From assembly GCA_044228445.1 (NCBI GenBank), contig JBGAUV010000001.1, positions 250,495 through 314,494 on the forward strand: DNA of 64,000 nucleotides, given 5' to 3'. The notes under the pieces were generated by a model. That model was given only the letters and a program-made list of their open reading frames with translations. It was not told the origin of the DNA and searched no databases. Below, piece by piece: positions 48,174 to 56,205 of the stretch; positions within the stretch are counted from its first letter, which is position 1, and each line of letters opens with the position of its first letter. This DNA is from Minisyncoccia bacterium (GTDB lineage Bacteria > Patescibacteriota > Minisyncoccia > Phycocordibacterales > PALSA-1337). The translations under genes and the position numbers were made by a program.

Positions 48174-50411
48174 TTGGCCACTATGAATTCAAAAACATTA
48201 GAGAGTATTTATAAATATATTACATTAACGGGTTTATTTGCTGTATTATTTCTGCCACTTTATATAGAAAATAGCTTTTTCTTTCCATTTATAACAGGTA
48301 AGGGTTTCGCTTTCAGAATAATTGTTGAAATAATATTTGCTTCATGGATATTATTATTTCTAAGAAACAATACTTATTTACCAAAATGGTCTAGTATACA
48401 AGTCTGTTTTACAATATTTACTGTTGTATTACTTATTGCAGATATATTAGGTGTAAGCTTTCTAAGAAGTTTTTGGTCAAACTTTGAACGTATGGATGGT
48501 TGGTTGACCTTAGTACATCTTTGGGGTTACTTTATGGTTTTGAGTTCAATGTTCTCTGTTAGAGAAGGAGATAGAAGAATGTGGAATAATTATTTTAATG
48601 TAAGTCTTTTTGTTGCTGGTATAGTAGGTATATATGGTTTTTCTCAATTATTTGGCTTTGCAAAAATTCACCAAGGTTCAGCTCGTATAGATGCTTCACT
48701 AGGAAATGCTATATATCTAGCTGTCTATATGATGTTCAATTCTCTTTTAGCTATTTATATGGCTTTTGATTCAGCAGAGAAGAAAAATAATGATACATCT
48801 CTATATGCTGTATCTCTATATAGTATATTAGCTATAGTATTTGCTTTCTTAATGTTTGAAACATCAACTAGAGGAGTTGTTCTAGGATATATTTTGGGAA
48901 TAATAGTTGGTCTTATTATGCTTGCAATATCAGGTAAGAATAAACAAACTAAGTTAATTTCAGTTGCATTAATTGCATCTATACTTATTGTTGGAGGAAT
49001 ATTCTGGTCAATTAAAGATACAAAGTTTGTGCAAAACAATCCAAATCTAAAACGTTTTGCTGAAATATCATTAAGCGATACAAAGACTCAAGCTAGAGGA
49101 TATATATGGCCAATGGCTGTAAAAGGTGTATTTAGTACGCCAAAAACATCAATAATCGGTTGGGGTCAAGAAAACTTTAACTATATATTCAATGCAAACT
49201 ATAACCCTGAAATGTGGAGACATGAACAATGGTTCGATAGAGCACACAATACTTATTTAGATTGGTTAGTTGCAGGTGGGGTAATAGGATTACTAGCATA
49301 TTTATCAATATTTATATTCACTCTAGTATCAATAGCTAAGAGTAATTTAAATATAAATGAAAAAGCTGTAATTGTAGCAATACTTATTGGTTATAGTGTC
49401 CAAAGTATATTTACTTTCGATAACCTTATAAGCTATATGTATTTATACATAGTTCTAGGTTTCATATCTGGTATTAGATCAAGTAAGGAACATGTTTGGA
49501 TAAAAAAGATAACTCTTCATAATTCAAAAAATTATCATATATATAGAGATTATTTCTATACTCCTGTAATTGCCATTGCTTTCATAGTTGTAATGTTCAG
49601 TGTAAATATTCGTCCAATACAAGCTAATACAAGTCTTATAGATGCTATGATTACATGTTCAGGAGGAAATCAACTACCTTCAGTTTCTGCTTTCCAGAAA
49701 GTTGTGGACTATGATAAATATATGGCAAGTCAAGAGGCTAGAGAACAGACTTTATCTTGTGCAACAAACGTCATAAATAGTGGTTTACCTCAAAATTTAA
49801 AGGTAGATTTTGCAAACCTTGCTGGAAGTCAAATTGATGCACAAATGAATGTAACACCAAATGATGCGAGAATATATTACCTAGGCGGAGTATTCATGAA
49901 CAATGCTGGTAGCTATAGTGCAGGAAAATTATTATTGGAAAAAGCAAATACACTATCTCCAAATAAACAATCTATAATACTTGAACTAGCTACAAATTAT
50001 GTAAACACAGGTGATGTAAAGGGCGCACTTGAAATAATAAAGAAAGCATATGAAGGTACACCAGATAATGATAATGTTAGATCTGCATATATGTCTTTAT
50101 TGATTTTAAATGGTGAAGAGTCAAAACTTAAAACTATATTTAAGGATAAATATGAAAATACATACTATGATGAAAAAATAGTTGGTGTATATATGAATAA
50201 AAAGCAATACAATAAAGCTATAGAAATATATAATTATCTAATAGGTAAGTATCCAAGTATGAGTAAATACTATCTTGGCATAGCTGGAGTTTATTATTCA
50301 AGTGGTGATAAATATAGTGCTATAAATGAATTAAAAATAGTTGGTGATAAATTCCCTGAGCTAAAAAAGCAAACAGAGGACGCTATAAAAGAAGTACAAA
50401 AAGTAAAATAG
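48174..50411 (+). CDS. O-antigen ligase-like (Wzy_C) membrane protein fused to C-terminal TPR repeats
   Basis: RAHNTYLDWLVAGGVIGL motif; C-terminal approx 230 aa are TPR-like. Confidence 0.7.
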   Translation: MATMNSKTLESIYKYITLTGLFAVLFLPLYIENSFFFPFITGKGFAFRIIVEIIFASWILLFLRNNTYLPKWSSIQVCFTIFTVVLLIADILGVSFLRSFWSNFERMDGWLTLVHLWGYFMVLSSMFSVREGDRRMWNNYFNVSLFVAGIVGIYGFSQLFGFAKIHQGSARIDASLGNAIYLAVYMMFNSLLAIYMAFDSAEKKNNDTSLYAVSLYSILAIVFAFLMFETSTRGVVLGYILGIIVGLIMLAISGKNKQTKLISVALIASILIVGGIFWSIKDTKFVQNNPNLKRFAEISLSDTKTQARGYIWPMAVKGVFSTPKTSIIGWGQENFNYIFNANYNPEMWRHEQWFDRAHNTYLDWLVAGGVIGLLAYLSIFIFTLVSIAKSNLNINEKAVIVAILIGYSVQSIFTFDNLISYMYLYIVLGFISGIRSSKEHVWIKKITLHNSKNYHIYRDYFYTPVIAIAFIVVMFSVNIRPIQANTSLIDAMITCSGGNQLPSVSAFQKVVDYDKYMASQEAREQTLSCATNVINSGLPQNLKVDFANLAGSQIDAQMNVTPNDARIYYLGGVFMNNAGSYSAGKLLLEKANTLSPNKQSIILELATNYVNTGDVKGALEIIKKAYEGTPDNDNVRSAYMSLLILNGEESKLKTIFKDKYENTYYDEKIVGVYMNKKQYNKAIEIYNYLIGKYPSMSKYYLGIAGVYYSSGDKYSAINELKIVGDKFPELKKQTEDAIKEVQKVK

Positions 50412-50500
50412 TTGCAATAGAAATATTGTTTGGTGTATAATATCTTGGTGTGAGTATCACAATTGTGTTGGTACTTTCCAAATAATATGTCTACGAAAGC

Positions 50501-50522
50501 TCCTGCCTTGGCAGGATTTTTC
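50501..50522 (+). terminator. Rho-independent terminator ending the glycan cluster
   Basis: TCCTGC-CTTG-GCAGGA-TTTTT. Confidence 0.6.
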
Positions 50523-50575
50523 GTTGCATAAAATCAATAAATGTTGTATAAATATAGTCGAAAAATAGTACACAT

Positions 50576-50782
50576 ATGGCGAAAAAAACGAAAAACGGCG
50601 CAGGTCCTAGAAGTCGGCTTGCTGAAACCAATATTCTACTTAAACAAAACCTCAACACATCTCCAGTAATGAAATATGGAAAGAATGGGGTTCCATTATC
50701 TAGAAATGGAACCCGTATCATTTCTTTCTCTGATAGGGAAAAGGTTGCACCACCTGACCCAAAAGGATGTCCGGTTGAGTAG
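50576..50782 (+). CDS. Small basic protein (68 aa), unknown function, GC-richer than flanks
   Basis: Own promoter-like TTGCAT-N17-TATAAA (50523-50551) and a strong terminator; no SD. Confidence 0.5.
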   Translation: MAKKTKNGAGPRSRLAETNILLKQNLNTSPVMKYGKNGVPLSRNGTRIISFSDREKVAPPDPKGCPVE

Positions 50783-50802
50783 ATGGAAGTTTTAACAAAG
50801 CA

Positions 50803-50832
50803 CGAGGGAAATTCCCTCGGCTTTTTTTATTT
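50803..50832 (+). terminator. Rho-independent terminator
   Basis: CGAGGG-AAATT-CCCTCG-GCTTTTTTTATTTT. Confidence 0.75.
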
Positions 50833-50880
50833 TAAAGTTATTAACATTTCAAAAACTATAAATTATGCTAAAATAATTCC

Positions 50881-50973
50881 GGATTGTTCCAAATGCTGGT
50901 GGTGGCTGTACTCACATATTAATTAGACATTATATTTGGAGCTAACACCCATCACCAACATTTGGCGCAATCC
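50881..50973 (+). other. ~93-nt long imperfect hairpin (inverted repeat) upstream of murB
   Basis: GGATTG-tt-CCAAATG-c-TGGTGgTGG pairs with CCCATCACCA-a-CATTTGG-cg-CAATCC. Confidence 0.6.
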
Positions 50974-50992
50974 CTAACATACACTTTTAAAA

Positions 50993-52021
50993 GTGAATAT
51001 AATTTCTGGTCTCAGTTTGAATAATTTGACAACTTTTCGTATCGGGGGCAAAGCCCGATTTTTTTGTATTATAAATAATATAAATGATGTTAAGGAGGGT
51101 ATAGATTTTGCAAAAAATAATAATTTAGATATTTTTATACTTGGTGGTGGTTCAAATATCTTAGTTTCTGATCAAGGTTTTGATGGTTTGGTAATGAAAA
51201 TGGAAATAAAAGGTATTGAACTAAACATAATTGATGAACAAGAAGTAATTGTTAAGGCTTATGCAGGGGAAAATTGGGATGATTTAGTAAAATATACAGT
51301 TGATAAAAATTTAAGAGGTTTAGAAAATTTATCATATATACCTGGAACAGTTGGTGCTAGCCCTATCCAAAATATAGGTGCTTATGGTAGTGAAGTAAAA
51401 GATAGTATCGATTTCGTTGAAGTATATGATATAGAAAATGATAAAATTTTAAAATTAAATAATTCTGATTGTGATTTTTCATATAGAAACAGCATATTTA
51501 AAAAGCAAAAAGGTAAGTATATTGTGATCTCAGTAGGATTTTTATTACATAGAGATAATAAATTTAATATTGAGTATAAGGACTTGAAGGATTATTTTTT
51601 AAAAAATAATGTAGGTATGTTAACAGTACAAAAGATTAGAGATGCTGTTGTTGATATTAGGAAAAATAAATTACCAGATATTAAAGATATAGGTACAGCA
51701 GGATCATATTTTAAAAATCCAATTGTAAGTATCGATAAAGCTCAAAGTTTAAAGAATAAATGGAGTGATTTACCGATCTATCCATATACATATGATAAAG
51801 TAAAACTGTCTCTAGCTTGGATAATTGATAAAGTTTGTGGTTTTAAAGGTGTATCTAGAGGTAATGTTGGAACATATAAGAATCAAGCTTTAGTGATTGT
51901 AAATAATGGTAATGCTAGCGCAAAACAAGTGTACGAATTTGCAAATGAAATAACAAAAGCAGTTAAAGAAAAAACCGATATAAATATTGAAACAGAAGTG
52001 GAATGGGTTGGAAAATTATGA
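50993..52021 (+). CDS. murB: UDP-N-acetylenolpyruvoylglucosamine reductase
   Basis: NLTTFRIGGKA, ILGGGSNILVSD, GTAGSYFKNP; GTG start. Confidence 0.85.
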   Translation: MNIISGLSLNNLTTFRIGGKARFFCIINNINDVKEGIDFAKNNNLDIFILGGGSNILVSDQGFDGLVMKMEIKGIELNIIDEQEVIVKAYAGENWDDLVKYTVDKNLRGLENLSYIPGTVGASPIQNIGAYGSEVKDSIDFVEVYDIENDKILKLNNSDCDFSYRNSIFKKQKGKYIVISVGFLLHRDNKFNIEYKDLKDYFLKNNVGMLTVQKIRDAVVDIRKNKLPDIKDIGTAGSYFKNPIVSIDKAQSLKNKWSDLPIYPYTYDKVKLSLAWIIDKVCGFKGVSRGNVGTYKNQALVIVNNGNASAKQVYEFANEITKAVKEKTDINIETEVEWVGKL

Positions 52022-52037
52022 TATAGTGGCCTGACAT

Positions 52038-54548
52038 ATGGCTTTTTCATTAAAGACAATTTTTGGGGATCGTAATACAAGCTTATTAAAGAAGTATTCA
52101 ATTATAGTACCTAAGGTAAATGCACTTGAAACAAGCATAAGTGCACTTTCTGATAAAGAATTAAAGGATAAAACTAAGTCTTTTAAGGATAGACTTCATG
52201 GAAAGACCCTTGATGAACAAAAAATTATTCTAGAAGAAATACTTCCTGAGGCTTTTGCTTTAGTTAGAGAAGCTTCAAAGAGAACACTGAAACAGAGACA
52301 TTTCGATGTTCAGCTTATAGGAGGAGCAATATTAAATGGAGGTAATATTGCAGAAATGAGAACAGGAGAAGGAAAAACTCTCGTTGCAACTTTACCAGCA
52401 TATTTAAATGCTCTTACAGGTCGTGGAGTACATATAGTTACTGTAAATGATTATCTATCAAGAAGAGATGCAGTGTGGATGGGACAAGTTTATGATTTAC
52501 TAGGTCTAACTACAGGTGTCATAAATCATGAATCTTCATATATTTACGATCCAGAACATAAAAATAAAGGTGATGATGCAGTTTTAGATGAAAAGAGAGA
52601 TGAAACTGGTTCATTTCATGTTGTTCATGAATATCTTCGTCCAGTAACTAGACGTGAGGCTTATTATGCAGATATAACTTACGGTACAAATAATGAATTT
52701 GGTTTTGATTATTTGCGTGACAATCTAGAATATGAACAATCAAAATTAAGACAAAGAGACTTTTATTATGCAATTGTAGATGAAATTGATTCAATTCTTA
52801 TAGATGAAGCTAGAACTCCACTTATCATATCTTCACCAACAGTTGATTCAGAAAAACTTTATACTTCATTTGCAGAATTAGTAAAAGATTTTGAAAAGGA
52901 TATTGATTTTACAGTTGATGAAAAACAAAGAAGCATATCACTTACACCAAAAGGAATAGAAAAAGCAGAAAAAAGATTAGGTGTTGAAAATATATACACA
53001 GAAAAGGGAATAAAGTTTGTTCATCATTTAGAAACTGCCGTAAGAGCAAAAGCGCTTTTCCATTTAAATAAAGAATATGTAGTTAAAGATGGAGAAATAG
53101 TAATAGTTGATGAATTTACAGGTAGACTCCAACCTGGAAGACGTTGGTCAGAAGGTCTTCATCAAGCGATTGAAGCAAAAGAAAAAGTAGAAATACAGAA
53201 AGAATCAAGAACATTTGCTTCTATTACTTTCCAAAACTATTTTAGACTTTATAAAAAACTATCCGGTATGACAGGTACAGCTATTACTTCTAGTGAAGAA
53301 TTTTATAAAGTATACGGTCTTGAAACAATAGTAGTTCCAACAAATAATCAAATAAAAAGAAAAGATCAAAATGATTTAATATTTCAAACAGAAATTGGAA
53401 AATATAAAGCAATTGCTAGAAAAGTAAAAGAAATACATTCAAAGGGTCAACCTGTCCTTATAGGTACAGTTTCAATTGAAAAAAACGAAGTATTATCACA
53501 ATTCTTAAAGGCAGAAGGAATACCACATGAAGTTTTGAATGCTAAAAATCATGAAAGAGAAGGAGAAATTGTTGCTCAAGCAGGTAAAAAAGGTGCAGTA
53601 ACAATAGCTACAAACATGGCTGGTAGAGGAGTAGATATAAAACTTGGAGGAAACCCAGGAAGTAAACAGGTTTATGAAGAAATAAAATCATTAGGAGGAC
53701 TATTTGTTTTAGGAACTGAAAGACATGAAGCAAGAAGAATAGACAATCAGTTGAGAGGTCGTTCAGGACGTCAGGGAGACCCAGGAGAAACACAATTCTT
53801 TGTTTCGCTCGAAGATTCACTTATGCGAGTATTTGCAGGTGATACAGTAAAGAGTCTTATGGGTAAGTTAAATCTTGCTGAAGATGAAGCAATAGAGAAT
53901 AGACTTATAACAAGATCACTTGAAAGTGCTCAAACAAAGATAGAAGGTTTCAATTTTGATTCAAGAAAACATGTTTTGGAATATGATGACATTCTAAATC
54001 AACAAAGAAAAGTAGTTTATGAAAGAAGAAGAGCAATTCTAACTGGTAGTTTGGATGAAATAGAGAAAAGACTCAATGAAATAATTGGTGATAATGAAGA
54101 TATAAAGAAAATAGTAAAAGAAAAGAACGATACAATGGGTCGTGAGAGATTCCTTATTACAGCAAGACAGCTCATGCTTCAGACTATAGATATGTTCTGG
54201 GTAGAACACTTAGAAGTAATGGATTATACACGTTCTAGCGTAAATCTACGTGCTTACGGTCAACGTGATCCACTAGTTGAATACAAAAAAGAAGGCGTAA
54301 GATTGTTTAAAGAAATGCAAAGTGCAGTAGAAAATCAAGTTATAAATCTATTGCCTCACATAGGCGCAGGTGTAGCCAACCCAGAAACAGTTAAATTAAA
54401 AGAAATACATGATGAAGCAAAAACAATAGGTGAAGGAGATGGAAATAAAAATACTAATAGTGGCACTATTTCAAAACCAGAAGTAGGAAGAAATGATCCT
54501 TGCCCTTGTGGAAGTGGTAAAAAGTATAAGAAGTGTCATGGGAAATAA
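52038..54548 (+). CDS. secA: Preprotein translocase ATPase SecA
   Basis: [32 protein letters not shown]-terminal zinc motif [14 protein letters not shown]. Confidence 0.95.
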   Translation: MAFSLKTIFGDRNTSLLKKYSIIVPKVNALETSISALSDKELKDKTKSFKDRLHGKTLDEQKIILEEILPEAFALVREASKRTLKQRHFDVQLIGGAILNGGNIAEMRTGEGKTLVATLPAYLNALTGRGVHIVTVNDYLSRRDAVWMGQVYDLLGLTTGVINHESSYIYDPEHKNKGDDAVLDEKRDETGSFHVVHEYLRPVTRREAYYADITYGTNNEFGFDYLRDNLEYEQSKLRQRDFYYAIVDEIDSILIDEARTPLIISSPTVDSEKLYTSFAELVKDFEKDIDFTVDEKQRSISLTPKGIEKAEKRLGVENIYTEKGIKFVHHLETAVRAKALFHLNKEYVVKDGEIVIVDEFTGRLQPGRRWSEGLHQAIEAKEKVEIQKESRTFASITFQNYFRLYKKLSGMTGTAITSSEEFYKVYGLETIVVPTNNQIKRKDQNDLIFQTEIGKYKAIARKVKEIHSKGQPVLIGTVSIEKNEVLSQFLKAEGIPHEVLNAKNHEREGEIVAQAGKKGAVTIATNMAGRGVDIKLGGNPGSKQVYEEIKSLGGLFVLGTERHEARRIDNQLRGRSGRQGDPGETQFFVSLEDSLMRVFAGDTVKSLMGKLNLAEDEAIENRLITRSLESAQTKIEGFNFDSRKHVLEYDDILNQQRKVVYERRRAILTGSLDEIEKRLNEIIGDNEDIKKIVKEKNDTMGRERFLITARQLMLQTIDMFWVEHLEVMDYTRSSVNLRAYGQRDPLVEYKKEGVRLFKEMQSAVENQVINLLPHIGAGVANPETVKLKEIHDEAKTIGEGDGNKNTNSGTISKPEVGRNDPCPCGSGKKYKKCHGK

Positions 54549-54562
54549 GGTTTAAATTGTAT

Positions 54563-55072
54563 CTAAACCTTCATTCCTCTCTTTTTTCTATACCAATAAA
54601 CTATATAAATAATTGCTAATGAAATTATATTAGTAAAGAAAATAATTGGTGTAGACCAAGGTATACCATCTATAGGTGTAAAACTAAAAGGCCAAAGATA
54701 TGGAGTAGGGAAGAAGCTTGTTGAATGAGTAAATAAATCCAAGAAAATATGGAAAGCCCAAGCAAACATTTCCCATATGGGTTTTTTCATTATGAACCAT
54801 ACAATACCGAAGACTAAAGCAAATACAACAAAACTATGAGTGATATTATATAAAGTATGAACATAAGAATCGATTTCTATCATTCCAGGAGGACGCATGC
54901 TCCAGTGAACAGATTCAGGATCAAATATTGTCTGTATTAATCTAGAGCCCGTATAAATTCCGAAAGAAAAAAAGTCAGGAGCAATTCCAAGTAAAAAAGC
55001 TAACCAAAAACTCTTTTTATTTTTTCTACCGAAAGCAATGCTACCCCAAAGTCCATGTGAAACTATGTCCAT
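54563..55072 (-). CDS. Membrane-bound metal-dependent hydrolase-like protein (YdjM/DUF457-like)
   Basis: MDIVSHGLWG start, His-rich TM protein. Confidence 0.45.
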   Translation of the reverse strand: MDIVSHGLWGSIAFGRKNKKSFWLAFLLGIAPDFFSFGIYTGSRLIQTIFDPESVHWSMRPPGMIEIDSYVHTLYNITHSFVVFALVFGIVWFIMKKPIWEMFAWAFHIFLDLFTHSTSFFPTPYLWPFSFTPIDGIPWSTPIIFFTNIISLAIIYIVYWYRKKRGMKV

Positions 55073-55111
55073 ATACTGGTATAATACTACATATATTCAT
55101 TAATTAAAAAT

Positions 55112-55573
55112 ATGAGACCACTTTTATTTAAATTTGATATTTGGTTTATTAATTTATTAAGAAAAATAAGTATACCATTTTCTAGATTCGCATTATTTAC
55201 TGTATTTTTTTGGTTTGGAATATTAAAAATAATTGGAACAAGCCCAGCAAACCCTATGGTTTCTGATTTATTACACAGGACTATGCCTTTTATGTCTTTT
55301 GATGTATTTATATTGCTATTTTCAATTTATGAAATGATTATTGGTATAACATTTCTTATACCTAGATTAGAAAGACTAGCTATTGCTTTACTTATACCTC
55401 ATATGTTTATGACAATGATGCCTTTATTTTTATTAAAAGCTATGACATGGCAAGGGTTTCTTACACCAACACTTGAAGGTCAATATATAATAAAAAATCT
55501 AGTTATTATTGCTTTAGCAATGGGAATTGCTGGGCATTTAACACCTTTAGGTAAAAAGAATAATGAAAAATAA
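55112..55573 (+). CDS. Hypothetical membrane protein
   Basis: Four hydrophobic segments; no motif. Confidence 0.45.
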   Translation: MRPLLFKFDIWFINLLRKISIPFSRFALFTVFFWFGILKIIGTSPANPMVSDLLHRTMPFMSFDVFILLFSIYEMIIGITFLIPRLERLAIALLIPHMFMTMMPLFLLKAMTWQGFLTPTLEGQYIIKNLVIIALAMGIAGHLTPLGKKNNEK

Positions 55574-56006
55574 GGTTTTATTATATTTTTTATCTATACT
55601 TACTCTACTCATAATTGCATTTGTATTGTCTAAAAACTTTTACACAGGAAAAAGTGATATTGATTTAAAAAAATTTGATACAATACTTGCAGATAATTCT
55701 AATTTAAGGGATTTGGGTTTAGGTAAAAGAGATTCATTATCAGAAAATTCAATAATGCTTTTTGTATTTGATTATCCAAGCAATTATGCTTTTTGGATGA
55801 AGGATATGAAATTTAATATAGATATCATTTGGTTAGATGAGTCATATAGGGTCGTCTATATTTTAGAAAATATATCACCCAATACCTATCCTCAAGCCTT
55901 TTCACCAGATAAAAAAGCAAAATATGTAATAGAAGGTAATGCATTTTTTGCTCGAAAAAATAAAATTAAAATTGGTGATAAGGTTTTATTGAATAAAACT
56001 CAATAA
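55563..56006 (+). CDS. DUF192 family protein with an N-terminal anchor
   Basis: MLFVF...FWMKDMKFNIDIIWLD pattern. Confidence 0.6.
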   Translation: MKNKVLLYFLSILTLLIIAFVLSKNFYTGKSDIDLKKFDTILADNSNLRDLGLGKRDSLSENSIMLFVFDYPSNYAFWMKDMKFNIDIIWLDESYRVVYILENISPNTYPQAFSPDKKAKYVIEGNAFFARKNKIKIGDKVLLNKTQ

Positions 56007-56205
56007 ATTAGTTTTTGTTTTTTAATAATTTTAAAAATTTTCACGATAGTAAATACTTGTTTTAAATTTATATTATTGTCCAGTGATTTTTTTTGAAGTT
56101 ATCCACTTTTTTTCTTTGTTTGTGAGAAGTAAAATACTACTCACTGTGTGTAAAAGTTTTTGTAGAAATCTGTAATTATTAATTAATTTAAATTAACTAA
56201 ACTAT

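Noticed and set aside
56007-56205. NrdR box or B12 riboswitch upstream of nrdA
   Set aside because: There is no 16-bp NrdR-type palindrome pair and no B12-box. The region is simply AT-rich with one DnaA-box-like TTATCCACT.
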